Shown here in pieces: positions 42,158 through 52,446 of a stretch of DNA of 64,000 bases. The notes under the pieces were generated by a model that had not been told where the DNA came from, did not search any database, and worked only from the letters and a program-made list of their open reading frames with translations. Numbering within the stretch: position 1 is the stretch's first letter; each line of letters starts with the position of its first letter. The position numbers and the translations under genes are program-made. Origin of the DNA: Alphaproteobacteria bacterium (lineage in GTDB: Bacteria; Pseudomonadota; Alphaproteobacteria; Bin95); assembly GCA_964291285.2 (NCBI GenBank), contig OZ219785.1:288001-352000 (forward strand). The letters run 5' to 3'.

Positions 42158-43318
42158 TTACTTGTAGGGATCGGCGGCGTCGCGCAAGCCGTCGCCGAGG
42201 AAGTTGAAGGCGAGCACCGTCACCACGACCGGCACCACCGGCAGCATCAGCCAGGGATAGAGAACCACGACATTCATGTTCTGCGCTTCCGTCAGCAATA
42301 CGCCCCAGCTCGTGACCGGCGGCCGGAGGCCGAGGCCCAGATAGCTGAGCGCGGTCTCGCCGAGGATCATGGACGGGATCGAGAGAGTCGCGGACGCGAT
42401 GATATGGCTCGCGAACCCGGGCAGGAGGTGCCGGCCGATGATGCGCCCGGGCCTGGCGCCCATAAGCTGCGCGGCGGTGCAGAAATCCTCCTCCCGGAGC
42501 GCCAGCAGCTTGGAGCGCACGGCGCGCGCAAGCCCGGTCCAGTCGAGCAGGCCCAGAATGACGGTGATGCCGAAAAAGACCAGCACGGGAGACCAGGTGA
42601 CCGGCAGCGCGGCCGAGAGCGCCATCCAGAGCGGCAATTCCGGGAAGGAACGCACGATCTCGATGATCCGCTGCGAGAGGCTGTCCACCCAGCCGCCGTA
42701 ATAGCCGGCGAGCCCGCCTATGACGATGCCCAGCGCGAAGGAAATCAGGATGCCGAACAGGCCCACGGTAAGCGAGATGCGCGCGCCGTAGATGATGCGC
42801 GATAGCACGTCCCGCCCGAGCCGGTCGGTGCCAAGCAGGAACAGCGTCGCCCCCTCCTCGCCCGCCGGGCAGACGAGATGCAGGTCGGCCTCGAACAGGC
42901 CCCAGAAGCGGTAGTTGTCCGCGCGGCAGAAGAAGCGCAGCGGATAGACCTTCCCCGGGTCCTCGACATAGACGCGCTTCAGCTGCGCGAGGTCGAGCGA
43001 GCGGGAATAGCCATAGACGAACGGCCCGATGAACTCGCCCTCATGGAATAGATGCAAGGTCTGGGGCGGCGCATGGATATGGCGGATGTTGCGGCTGTGC
43101 AGGTTGTAGGGCGCGAGGAACTCGGAGATGAGGACCGAGGCGTAGAGCAGGAGCAGCACGATGCCGGAGGCGACGGCGAGCTTGTGGCGCTTCAGCTTCC
43201 ACCACATCAGCTGCCATTGCGTCGCGAGGTAGTAGCGCTCCTGCTCGGGTGTCAGCGCCTCGACCGCGTGCGGGTCCCAGGGCGCGGTATCGACGAAATG
43301 TTCGGGCCGGTCGTTCAT
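42158..43318 (-). CDS. Peptide/nickel ABC transporter permease (DppC-like)
   Basis: LGTDRLGRDVLSR, EAA-type loop, ETALSYLGLG, GDGLRDAADP. Confidence 0.92.
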   Translation of the reverse strand: MNDRPEHFVDTAPWDPHAVEALTPEQERYYLATQWQLMWWKLKRHKLAVASGIVLLLLYASVLISEFLAPYNLHSRNIRHIHAPPQTLHLFHEGEFIGPFVYGYSRSLDLAQLKRVYVEDPGKVYPLRFFCRADNYRFWGLFEADLHLVCPAGEEGATLFLLGTDRLGRDVLSRIIYGARISLTVGLFGILISFALGIVIGGLAGYYGGWVDSLSQRIIEIVRSFPELPLWMALSAALPVTWSPVLVFFGITVILGLLDWTGLARAVRSKLLALREEDFCTAAQLMGARPGRIIGRHLLPGFASHIIASATLSIPSMILGETALSYLGLGLRPPVTSWGVLLTEAQNMNVVVLYPWLMLPVVPVVVTVLAFNFLGDGLRDAADPYK

Positions 43319-44313
43319 CGCTGGGCGCGGCCCCCCAGCCGGATGCGCGGGTCGAGCAGGGCAAGCGCCAGGTCGGACAGCAGCATGCCGACGATGGTGA
43401 GCACAGAGAGGAACATCAGGAAGGAGCCGGCGAGATACATGTCCTGGCTGCGCAGCGCGTCGATCAGCATCGGCCCCGTGGTCGGCAGGCTCATCACCAT
43501 GGCCACGATCGCGGACCCGGAGACGATCTGCGGCAGCATGTTGCCGATGTCGGCCACGAAGGGGTTGAGCGACATCCGCACCGGGTATTTCAGCAGGAGG
43601 CGCAGATTGGGCAGCCCCTTGGCCCGGCCGGTCACGACATACTGCTTCTGCAACTCGTCCAGCAGGTTGGCACGGAGCCGGCGGATCATGCCCGCGGTTC
43701 CCGCCGTGCCGATCACCACCACCGGCACGATCAGGTGCTCCGCTATCGACACCGTCTTCGCCCAGGACATGGGCTGTTCGACATATTGCGGGTCCATCAT
43801 CCCGCCGATGGAGATGCCGAACTCGATCCGCAGGAAATACATGAGCACGAGCGCGAGGAGGAAATTCGGCGTCGCGAGCCCAAGAAATCCGAGGAAGGTA
43901 AGGCCGTGGTCGCCCCAGGAATACTGGTGCGTCGCGGAGTAGAAGCCGATCGGGAAGGCGACGACCCAGATGAAGATGACGGTCGAGAAGTTGAGCAGCA
44001 GCGAGAGCCAGAGCCGGTCCCCCACCACATCGGAGACCGGCAGGTCGTATTCGAAGGAATAGCCGAAATCGCCCTGGAACATGCCGAGGACCCAGAAGAC
44101 ATATTGCTTCCATAGCGGCTGATCGAGGCCGTATTGCTTGCGCAGGAACTCGATCTTGCCGCTGTCCGCGGACTCGCCCTGGGACTGCAGCTCGGCGATG
44201 TAGGTGGTGAGGTAGTCGCCCGGCGGAAGCTGGATGATGACGAAGATGATGGCGCTGACCACCGCAAGCGTCGGGACCGCGATGAACAGGCGCCGGAAGA
44301 TGTAGGTCAGCAT
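43315..44313 (-). CDS. Peptide/nickel ABC transporter permease (DppB-like)
   Basis: LPPGD, YGLDQP, GDFGYS, RAKGL, LDPRIR. Confidence 0.93.
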   Translation of the reverse strand: MLTYIFRRLFIAVPTLAVVSAIIFVIIQLPPGDYLTTYIAELQSQGESADSGKIEFLRKQYGLDQPLWKQYVFWVLGMFQGDFGYSFEYDLPVSDVVGDRLWLSLLLNFSTVIFIWVVAFPIGFYSATHQYSWGDHGLTFLGFLGLATPNFLLALVLMYFLRIEFGISIGGMMDPQYVEQPMSWAKTVSIAEHLIVPVVVIGTAGTAGMIRRLRANLLDELQKQYVVTGRAKGLPNLRLLLKYPVRMSLNPFVADIGNMLPQIVSGSAIVAMVMSLPTTGPMLIDALRSQDMYLAGSFLMFLSVLTIVGMLLSDLALALLDPRIRLGGRAQR

Positions 44314-44329
44314 CCTTCCCGTCCCGCCG

Positions 44330-46204
44330 TCAGTTGGCCAACCAGAACCGGTCGGGGCGGAATATGCCGAAATGCGCGCCCGGCTCCCAGTTGTAATAAC
44401 CCTCTTCCGGCACGCCTCTCAGGCGGTCGGATACGACCACGGGCTGGCGGATTCCGCCGACGATCCCCAGCATGAACACTTCCTCGGCGTGGATCTCCAG
44501 CATCTCGCGCCAGATGCGCCGGCGCTCTCCGGTGTCGCGGGCGTGGCGCCAGGCCTCGTTCAGCGCGTGGAGCCGCTGCGGCGCTTGCATATCGACCGGC
44601 TCGCCCGCGGCACCCCGGGTCTCGTGGTACTGGCCCCATTTCGGCCACTGCAGCTGCTGCTGGCTGGTGGGGGCGAGCTCGGCCGGGCTCATGTCGGCGG
44701 AGGCAAGCCCGTTTTCCCAGCCCGACCAGACCGACATGAGCGTCTGGCCGGAGAAGATACGGTTGCGCAGCAGCTCGCGCTGGAGCGGCTTGGTGTGCAG
44801 CGCAATCCCCAGCTTCAGCCAGCTGTCGCGGACGAGTTCGAGTATATCCGTCTCTTCCGTGCTCTCGCCGGCGGTCTCGACGATCAATTCCGCCGGACGG
44901 CCGTCGGGCAGCAGGCGCAGCCCGTCATCGCCCCACCGGAGCCCCGCCTCGTCCAGCAGGGCATTGGCCGCATCGGGATCGTAGGCCGCCCAGCGCTGGC
45001 GGACCGCCTCGTCATAGAGCGGGCTTCCCGGAAGCAGGCTGTTGTTGCCGGTGAGCGCGAGCCCGAAATAGATGACCTCGTTGACTTCCTCCCGGTAGAG
45101 GCCGAGCGACAGCGCCCGGCGCACCCGGCGGTCCCGGAACAGGAACCGCCAGACAGGGTCGGCGGCATTCAGGTTGGGATAGAGCGCCACATGCGCGCCC
45201 TTGCCCGTGCGCCAGAGGCGGACCTTGTAGCCGCCGGGCTCCTCGCCGCGCTTCAGGAAGGTCACATTGTCGAACCTGAGATAGCGCGCCTGGAGATCGC
45301 TGGCGCCGGCAGCGGTCTTCGCCGGGATGAGGCCGCTCGCGGCAATGTTCATCACCACGCGGTCGATATAGGGAAGCTGGCGGCCGCCGCCGTCCACGCG
45401 GTGGTAAAAGGGGTTGCGGGCGAAGAGGAAGCGGTCGGACGGCGGGCGGGTCAAGGGAACCCAGGGCTGCAGGGTCGGCAGGTCCGGATTGTCGTTCTTG
45501 TACTGGCTGTCGAGCTTGTTGTGCAGCGCGGCCCAGCTTCGCCGGCGCGCCTCTTCCACGGCCCGGGCCAGCGCCTCGGGCGGCGCATGGGCTGCGTGGA
45601 AGCGCTTCAGGTAGTGCGCCGGGCGGTAGATGTAGAGCGGCCGCGCGCCGGCGAGAGCGGGCAGGAACCCCGCATTGGACGTCGCCCAGCTGTAGCGGAC
45701 TGTCGTGTCACCCAGCACTTCGAAGACCGGCGGTTCTCCGTCGACAAGCATCGCCGCCGGCGGTCCGGTCGGCGAGAGTTCCTCGTTGTTGGCGACATCC
45801 TCCCACCAGTAGCGGAAGTCCTCGGCGGTGAAGGGATGGCCGTCCGACCATTTGTGGCCCGGCCGGAGATGGAGCGTGAAGATGCGGCCTTCCTGCACGT
45901 CCACGCGCTCCAGAATGTCCGGCTCCAATACGAGCTCCGGCGTGTAGCAGAGGAGGCGCGCATAGCCGTAAACGACCAGCTGGCGCGTATCCTTGGCCTT
46001 GGCCATCAGCACGCGCAGGTCTCCGCCATGCCGGCCGGGCCCGGCTTCCTCGTCGAGATGCGGGACGGCCGGCAAACGCTGTTCGACGGGAGGCAGCGCG
46101 CCGGCGCCGACCCGTTCCGCGAGAGACGGTGTTTCGACAGGGGCCGCCAGGGACACGCCCGCAACGAGAGCGAGCGGCGCGAACAGGACGGCCGGCGGCT
46201 TCAC
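44330..46204 (-). CDS. ABC transporter substrate-binding protein (family 5)
   Basis: Signal peptide, LPPVEQRLP, KWSDGHPFTAED, QLPYIDRV. Confidence 0.9.
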   Translation of the reverse strand: MKPPAVLFAPLALVAGVSLAAPVETPSLAERVGAGALPPVEQRLPAVPHLDEEAGPGRHGGDLRVLMAKAKDTRQLVVYGYARLLCYTPELVLEPDILERVDVQEGRIFTLHLRPGHKWSDGHPFTAEDFRYWWEDVANNEELSPTGPPAAMLVDGEPPVFEVLGDTTVRYSWATSNAGFLPALAGARPLYIYRPAHYLKRFHAAHAPPEALARAVEEARRRSWAALHNKLDSQYKNDNPDLPTLQPWVPLTRPPSDRFLFARNPFYHRVDGGGRQLPYIDRVVMNIAASGLIPAKTAAGASDLQARYLRFDNVTFLKRGEEPGGYKVRLWRTGKGAHVALYPNLNAADPVWRFLFRDRRVRRALSLGLYREEVNEVIYFGLALTGNNSLLPGSPLYDEAVRQRWAAYDPDAANALLDEAGLRWGDDGLRLLPDGRPAELIVETAGESTEETDILELVRDSWLKLGIALHTKPLQRELLRNRIFSGQTLMSVWSGWENGLASADMSPAELAPTSQQQLQWPKWGQYHETRGAAGEPVDMQAPQRLHALNEAWRHARDTGERRRIWREMLEIHAEEVFMLGIVGGIRQPVVVSDRLRGVPEEGYYNWEPGAHFGIFRPDRFWLAN

Positions 46205-48084
46205 GCGGCGAGCCCTCCGGGCGCGGCGTCTTCCCCGAGGCGGACGAAATGTCCCCCCTCGACTTCCTCGAACACGCCTCTCGCGCCGCCGGCAAGCCGA
46301 TAGGGGCCGGGCCAGAGCTCCGGCTTCGAGGCGCGTTCGTCGGCGAGCGCCTTGAAGTCCAGCGGATAGTCGAGGTCAGGCTCCGGCACGGCGGCCAGCA
46401 GCGCCCTGGTGTAGGGGTGGCGCGGATTGCGGAACAGCACCTCGCGCGGCGCAAGCTCCACCAGCCTGCCGGCGCACATCACGGCGATGCGCTCGGCCAT
46501 GTAATCGACCACTGCCAGATTGTGCGACACGAACAGGTAGGTGAGGCCGAGCGCCTTCTGCAGGTCCTTCAGCAGATTGAGAATCTGCGCCTGCACCGAG
46601 ACGTCGAGCGCCGAGACGGGCTCGTCGCAAAGCAGCAGCTCCGGCTTGAGCGCAAGGGCGCGGGCGATGCCGAGGCGCTGGCGCTGGCCGCCCGAAAAGC
46701 TGTGCGGGTAGCGGTTGAGATGGCGCTCGTCGAGGCCGACCAGGCGCATCAGCTCGCGCACGATCCCGCGGCGCTCCTCCGGCCCGGCCAGACGGTGCAC
46801 GACCAACGGCTCCGACACGATGTCGAACGCCGTCATGCGCGGATTGAGCGCGCTGAACGGATCCTGGAATACATATTGGATGCGCCGGCGGTAAGGCAAC
46901 AGGCTCTTCTGCGGCAGCCGCAGCAGATCGACCGCGGCGCCGTTGTCGTCGAACAGCACTTCGCCCCGGTCGGGCGTCAGCGCACGCATGACGATCTTGC
47001 TCAGCGTGCTCTTGCCGCAGCCGCTCTCCCCGACCAGGCCCAGGCATTCGCCGCGCTCGATCCGGAAGCTCACATCGTCCACCGCCAGCACGCCTTCCTC
47101 GGCGGCTCCGCCGAAGAGGCCCGCCTTGCGGCTGCCATAGCGCTTGGTGAGGCCGCGAACCTCCAGCAGCGGGCGGTCGGCGGGCGCCTCCGGGGCCGCG
47201 CGGCTTTCCCCGGCGAGCAGCCCGCCGGTTTCGGGGCGGACCTCGCGGATCGGGGTCAGCCGTTCGCCCTCGGCCATGTGGAAGCGGGGGACGGCGCGCA
47301 GCAGCGCCTTCAGATAGGGGTGCCCGGCGCGCCGGAACACGTCCTCGGCGCTGCCGGCCTCGACGATGCGGCCGTGATACATCACCACCAGCTCGTCGGC
47401 CATGTTGGCGACGACGCCGAGGTCGTGGGTAATCATCAGCACCGCCATGCCGAGTTCCTGCTGGAGGTCCTTGACGAGTTTCAGGATCTGCGCCTGGACG
47501 GTCACATCGAGCGCGGTGGTCGGCTCGTCCGCAATCAGCAGCGCCGGGCGGCAGATCAGCGCCATGGCGATCATCGCCCGCTGGCGCAGGCCGCCCGAGA
47601 GCTCGAAGGGATAGGTGTCGAGCGCGCGTTCCGGGTCCGGAAAGCCGACCAGGCGCAGCATGTCCGCCGTCTCGGTCCGCAGCCGCTTCGCGGTGGTTTC
47701 GCCGTGCAGCCGGAGCGCCTCGGAGACCTGGTCGCCCACGGTGTGCAGCGGCGACAGCGAGGTCATCGGCTCCTGGAAGATGATCGAGACCGCACCGCCG
47801 CGCAGCCGGCGCATCTCGCGGCCGTCCGGGTCGAGCGCGGCAATGTCCACCTCGGGCAGGCCTTCGCGCCGGAGGCGGATCAAGCCCGAGCGGATGGCGG
47901 CGGCGCGCGGCAGGATGCCCATGACCGCCTGCGCGGTCACCGACTTGCCGGACCCCGACTCCCCGACCAGAGCCACCGTCCGGCCGTGCGGGATGGAGAA
48001 GGACACGCCGTCCACGGCCGTGACCGCACCGCCCGGCGTGCTGAATTCGACCGCGAGATTGTCGATTTCCAACAGCGCGCTCAA
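46201..48084 (-). CDS. Dual-domain ABC ATPase (start uncertain, 48084 or 48120)
   Basis: Two Walker A motifs ([16 protein letters not shown]), LSGG/FSGG, DEP. Confidence 0.92.
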   Translation of the reverse strand: MSALLEIDNLAVEFSTPGGAVTAVDGVSFSIPHGRTVALVGESGSGKSVTAQAVMGILPRAAAIRSGLIRLRREGLPEVDIAALDPDGREMRRLRGGAVSIIFQEPMTSLSPLHTVGDQVSEALRLHGETTAKRLRTETADMLRLVGFPDPERALDTYPFELSGGLRQRAMIAMALICRPALLIADEPTTALDVTVQAQILKLVKDLQQELGMAVLMITHDLGVVANMADELVVMYHGRIVEAGSAEDVFRRAGHPYLKALLRAVPRFHMAEGERLTPIREVRPETGGLLAGESRAAPEAPADRPLLEVRGLTKRYGSRKAGLFGGAAEEGVLAVDDVSFRIERGECLGLVGESGCGKSTLSKIVMRALTPDRGEVLFDDNGAAVDLLRLPQKSLLPYRRRIQYVFQDPFSALNPRMTAFDIVSEPLVVHRLAGPEERRGIVRELMRLVGLDERHLNRYPHSFSGGQRQRLGIARALALKPELLLCDEPVSALDVSVQAQILNLLKDLQKALGLTYLFVSHNLAVVDYMAERIAVMCAGRLVELAPREVLFRNPRHPYTRALLAAVPEPDLDYPLDFKALADERASKPELWPGPYRLAGGARGVFEEVEGGHFVRLGEDAAPGGLAA

Positions 48085-48138
48085 CGCGCGGCCTCCATAC
48101 TGCGCGCGCTCAACGCGCAACCCCGATAATGAGCGCGT

Positions 48139-48633
48139 TCACCGCCCCGCCTCGAGATCGACCGGCCAGACGCCGATCGACTCCAGATTGGCGAGCGTCG
48201 TGGGGTCGGGCGTCAGCGCATTCTCGGCCGCCGCCCGCGCCGCCCGCGCCGCCACGAGGTTGAAACGGTCCAGGTTGGAGTCGATGGTGATCGTCGTCCC
48301 GCCGCCCGAAAGCTTCAATTGCATCCAGCCGTGGCCGCGCTCCTTGCGGGTCGAATAGAAGCGCAGCGCCAGCCGGTCGAGCGCGTCCCAGGCGATCGTG
48401 CGGCCGACGGGACCGAGAATCCGTATGCCCGCCGGGTTCATCTGCACGGTGGAGCGGTGTTTCACCCAGGTCATCACCGCGAAGCCGCCGAACAGCAGTG
48501 CCAGCAGGCCGAGCAGCCAAGTGCCGAAACTGCCGGGCGGCACCCACGGCATGGGCAGCAGCGCAATCGCCAGCCCGATGCCCGCGCGCGTATAGTCCGG
48601 CCAGAGCGTGCGGGCCGGATAAGCCAAGGCCAT
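48139..48633 (-). CDS. Hypothetical membrane protein
   Basis: Two TM-like segments; co-oriented upstream of the ABC operon. Confidence 0.6.
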   Translation of the reverse strand: MALAYPARTLWPDYTRAGIGLAIALLPMPWVPPGSFGTWLLGLLALLFGGFAVMTWVKHRSTVQMNPAGIRILGPVGRTIAWDALDRLALRFYSTRKERGHGWMQLKLSGGGTTITIDSNLDRFNLVAARAARAAAENALTPDPTTLANLESIGVWPVDLEAGR

Positions 48634-48910
48634 GCCGCCGCCTGGCGCGGCCGCTTCCGCCGTCGTCGAGATCGCGCGGTCCCCTTCTGCCCCGGACCCT
48701 TCCGAGTCTGCGCGATTCCGCCCGCCGCCGCAATTCCGCCTTCGGATGAACGCCGGTTCCTTCTTGACACCTTATACCAACGGTCGTTGATTGGAACCTA
48801 TAGCAGAGCCTCCCTCCGCAGCTCGCCCCCTGAGCCGAGGCCTCCTACTGCAAGAGGTAATCTCCGCCGAGAGAGGCTAATCGGTTCTTATCTGTGGCCG
48901 GTGGTATTAA

Positions 48911-48933
48911 AACATTCATTCAAAATACATCTT
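48911..48933. promoter_or_regulatory. NsrR-like (Rrf2) operator upstream of nirK
   Basis: AAGATGTATTT-T-GAATGAATGTT (minus strand), fits the 11-1-11 AANATGCATTT inverted repeat. Confidence 0.6.
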
Positions 48934-49039
48934 AAGGTCCCCCATCTGCGGATCGCGAATGCGCCGCCTGCAAGCCCGGTCCGCGTTTGGGCGCATCGCA
49001 ACCGGGCTGCCGGGCAACAGCAGATAGGAGACGCGAGCC

Positions 49040-50161
49040 ATGCTACAGTTGAACAGACGCCAGGTCCTGACCGCCGGCGGCACACTGGGCGCCATGTCCG
49101 CCATGAGCCCCATCGTGAAGGCCTCCACCGGCAGCGCCGCGGTCAAGGCCGACCTCGACAGCCTGCCCCGGGTCAAGCAGGAACTCGTGGCACCGCCCTT
49201 CGCGCCCGCGCATGAGCAGGTCGCCGCCGGAGGCCCGAAGATCATCGAGGTGGAACTGGTCGTCCACGAGGAAAAGAGGGAGATCGACGACGACGGAACC
49301 GTGTTGAACGCGCTTTCGTTCAACGGTTCCATCCCGGGCCCGCTGATGATCTGCCATGAGGGCGACTACATCGAGCTCACGCTGAAAAATCCTTCGACCA
49401 ACGTGATGGAGCACAATATCGACTTCCACGCCTCGACGGGCGCGCTCGGCGGCGGTGGCCTCACGCTCGTCCAGCCGGGCGAGCAGGTCGTGCTGCGCTG
49501 GAAGGCGATCAAGGCCGGCACCTTCATCTACCACTGCGCGCCGGGCGGGATCATGATTCCCTACCATGTGGTTTCCGGCATGAACGGCGCGGTCATGGTG
49601 CTGCCGAGGGGCGGGCTGACCGACCGGCAGGGCAATCCCGTCCGCTACGACAAGGTCTATTATGTCGGCGAGCAGGACTTCTACGTGCCGCGGAACGCCG
49701 AAGGCGATTACATGCAATATGAGTCGCACAGCGACGCGATGGCCGACGTGCTGGACGTGATGCGGACGCTCACGCCCACCCATGTCGTGATGAACGGCAA
49801 GGTCGGCGCGCTCACCGGCGACAATGCGCTGACGGCCGCGGTCGGCGAGTCGGTGCTGTTCGTCCACTCCCAGGCCAACCGCGATTCGCGGCCGCACCTC
49901 ATCGGCGGCCACGGAGACTATGTCTGGGAGGAAGGCTCGTTCATCGATCCGCCGATGGAAGGCCTCGAGACCTGGTTCATCCGGGGCGGCTCGGCAGGCG
50001 CTGCACTCTACACCTTCCGGCAGCCGGGGGTGTATGTATACCTCTCGCACAACCTCATCGAGGCCGTGCAGCTGGGGGCGCTCGCCCATGTGGTGGTCGA
50101 TGGCGACTGGGACGACGACCTGATGGCGCAGGTCCAGGCCCCCGGACCGATTCCGGCATAG
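49040..50161 (+). CDS. nirK: Copper-containing nitrite reductase
   Basis: Tat signal NRRQVL; [35 protein letters not shown]. Confidence 0.96.
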   Translation: MLQLNRRQVLTAGGTLGAMSAMSPIVKASTGSAAVKADLDSLPRVKQELVAPPFAPAHEQVAAGGPKIIEVELVVHEEKREIDDDGTVLNALSFNGSIPGPLMICHEGDYIELTLKNPSTNVMEHNIDFHASTGALGGGGLTLVQPGEQVVLRWKAIKAGTFIYHCAPGGIMIPYHVVSGMNGAVMVLPRGGLTDRQGNPVRYDKVYYVGEQDFYVPRNAEGDYMQYESHSDAMADVLDVMRTLTPTHVVMNGKVGALTGDNALTAAVGESVLFVHSQANRDSRPHLIGGHGDYVWEEGSFIDPPMEGLETWFIRGGSAGAALYTFRQPGVYVYLSHNLIEAVQLGALAHVVVDGDWDDDLMAQVQAPGPIPA

Positions 50162-50202
50162 GCGGGTCCGGCGGCAGGGTCGTCCCCCGCACCCGCAGCG
50201 CT

Positions 50203-51336
50203 TTACCCTCGGCGAAGGCTCGGGTCGGCGACGGCAAGGTGGTTGTCCCAGCGGCGAGACACCGGAAAGCCGGTCGGGAACGGGCGGAGCTTGCGCGCGT
50301 GCGCGTCCAGCAGGAACACCCCGCCCTGCCCGCTGCTCACGAGGAACGCCCCGGCCCTTGCCGCCGGCGCCAGGCCGCAGCCGTCGGCCAGCCGGGCCGA
50401 ATGGAGGAATCCGCCGTCAGCGCCGTCCCAGACGGTCACGATATTGCCGCGCGGGGCGGAGACGGCGAAGGTGCGGCCCCCGCTGTCGAAACAGACATCG
50501 CCGCAATACTGCCTCATGGCGCGGAGGACCGAAGGCGGCGCCTCCAGCGGGCGGAGCGGCCCCCCGGCCCGGCAAAGCGCGACGAGCGGCACGCGGTCTC
50601 CCCTCGGCCCTTCATATTGCATCGCGACCGCGACCCGGCCCTCCCTGCCGACAGACAGATGGCGGATGCTCAACTGGCGAAGACCGGCCCCGAGACGCCG
50701 CTTCCGCAGCAACTCGCCGGTCTTGCGGTCGATGAAGCAGAGCGACGGCTCCATCGCCGGCAGGTTGAGCTTCGCCCTCGGATAGTCGGGATGAGTGTGG
50801 ATGCCGCCATTGGCGACAACCAGCGTCCGTCCGTCCGCCAGCAGCCGGATGTCATGGGGGCCGACGCCGCCGGAGGAGAACTCGCCCAGCCGCCGGAAGC
50901 CGTCCCGGGCGTCATATATGCCGAGGACGCCGCGGCCCGCATCGAAGTCGTTCTCCGTAGCGTACAGCAGCCGCCCGGAAGGATCGAAGACGCCATGCCC
51001 CTGGAAGCACCGGTCCTGCGGGGGCGCGAACCGGCGGGGCACCGCGCTCCGATCGATGTCCAGCGCCAGTGCGAATTCCCCCGGGCGGCGGGCGAAATGC
51101 ACCGCCAGGCAACCGTCCGGGCGCACGGCGAAGGCGTGCCCGCGGGCCGGCAGCACGGAGTCCAGCAGCGCTTCACCGGCTTGCGAAAAGCCGCCGACCC
51201 GATACCCGCCGGGCGCCGCCGCGCCGGCGGAGAGGTAGCGGCGTTCGGTCCGCTCCGCCCGGGTGCCGCCCGGCCAGAACGCCGCCCCGAGGCCGCCGGC
51301 GAGCAGCCGGAGCGCGCGGCGGCGGTCAATCGCCAT
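50203..51336 (-). CDS. DUF1513 family Tat-exported beta-propeller
   Basis: DRRRAL, ARRPG, GHGVF, ATEND, GVGPHD, ANGGI.THP, WDNH. Confidence 0.88.
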   Translation of the reverse strand: MAIDRRRALRLLAGGLGAAFWPGGTRAERTERRYLSAGAAAPGGYRVGGFSQAGEALLDSVLPARGHAFAVRPDGCLAVHFARRPGEFALALDIDRSAVPRRFAPPQDRCFQGHGVFDPSGRLLYATENDFDAGRGVLGIYDARDGFRRLGEFSSGGVGPHDIRLLADGRTLVVANGGIHTHPDYPRAKLNLPAMEPSLCFIDRKTGELLRKRRLGAGLRQLSIRHLSVGREGRVAVAMQYEGPRGDRVPLVALCRAGGPLRPLEAPPSVLRAMRQYCGDVCFDSGGRTFAVSAPRGNIVTVWDGADGGFLHSARLADGCGLAPAARAGAFLVSSGQGGVFLLDAHARKLRPFPTGFPVSRRWDNHLAVADPSLRRG

Positions 51337-52423
51337 CGAGCGCGTTGAAGCCGATCGGCAGGCCGAGGGCCTTTGCCAGGCGGTTCCGCACGATCTGCCG
51401 GAGCGCCTGCACCTGGATCCGCAGCTTGTCCACCTTCTTGCGCTGCGCCGGGTCTGCCGCGGCGGCCTCCAGCTGCCCGTCGATCGACTTCGCCGTCGCC
51501 ACGGTTGCGCGGAATCCCTTGACGAGCAGCTTTTCGAGCTTGCCTGCAGAGTCCGGCAGCAGGGCTGCGATGCCCGGCTCGCCGCCGCCGCCATACAGGT
51601 CCTGCAGCGACTCGAGGTTCAGGACGACGTTCCGGAGCGACCGGCCGCTCAGGCGCGACTCCGCCAGATGCGCGCGGACCTTGTCCACGCCCTTGCCGAT
51701 GACGGGCGCGATCTTCAGATCGACGATGCGCTGCAGCCCGTCATGGAGGCTCTTGAGGAAGGCCAGCGACGCCTCGCCGTGGCTTTCGAAATACGGGTTC
51801 TCGGGGCCGGGGCCGATGAAGAGCGCGATGAACGGGCGTTCGCCCGTCCACCAGTCCCTGTCCATCCCCTCCGCCATGTCCCGCATGTTGCCGGCTACGG
51901 CCTGGAGCAGACGGCATCCTTCCGCCGATCCGCCCGGCCGGGTTTTGGGGGACTCCGGACCCAAAAGCAGCGCTTCGGCCGCCATCAGGCCCTGGCCGGC
52001 CACGCTCCCCCTGCCGACGCGGGCCGGCGAGACGGTCTCTTCCGCCAGCAGCCGCGCGACGGCCTTGTCCACCTTCCCGCGCGCCTCGGGCCAGAAATGG
52101 AACCGGTGGATGCGCATGAACAGCTCGGCCGGACCGAACCGCAGATGCTCGGCGGCCATCCAGGCGTCCATGAGGTCGTGGAACGCGGCCTCGGCCCCGG
52201 CGAAGGTCCCGGCTCCCGGCCGGGCACAAAGCACCCCGGCGGCTGCCTCGAAGTCCCTGGCCGCGGCCGCCAGCCGCACATAGCGGGGCCGCACATGGTT
52301 TTCAGCCAGCGCGGCATTGACCCGCTCGAAGGCCTCGGGCGGCGGCCTGTCGACGGCGGCGGCAGGCGCGCCAAATGCGAGAATCACCAGAGCCAGCGCC
52401 GGTAGAACGATTGCAGGCGGCAT
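51326..52423 (-). CDS. Imelysin family protein
   Basis: RFGP, FWPE, terminal GFNALDGD. Confidence 0.88.
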   Translation of the reverse strand: MPPAIVLPALALVILAFGAPAAAVDRPPPEAFERVNAALAENHVRPRYVRLAAAARDFEAAAGVLCARPGAGTFAGAEAAFHDLMDAWMAAEHLRFGPAELFMRIHRFHFWPEARGKVDKAVARLLAEETVSPARVGRGSVAGQGLMAAEALLLGPESPKTRPGGSAEGCRLLQAVAGNMRDMAEGMDRDWWTGERPFIALFIGPGPENPYFESHGEASLAFLKSLHDGLQRIVDLKIAPVIGKGVDKVRAHLAESRLSGRSLRNVVLNLESLQDLYGGGGEPGIAALLPDSAGKLEKLLVKGFRATVATAKSIDGQLEAAAADPAQRKKVDKLRIQVQALRQIVRNRLAKALGLPIGFNALDGD

Positions 52424-52446
52424 TGCGCGCCTCCGTTTCCGTTATG

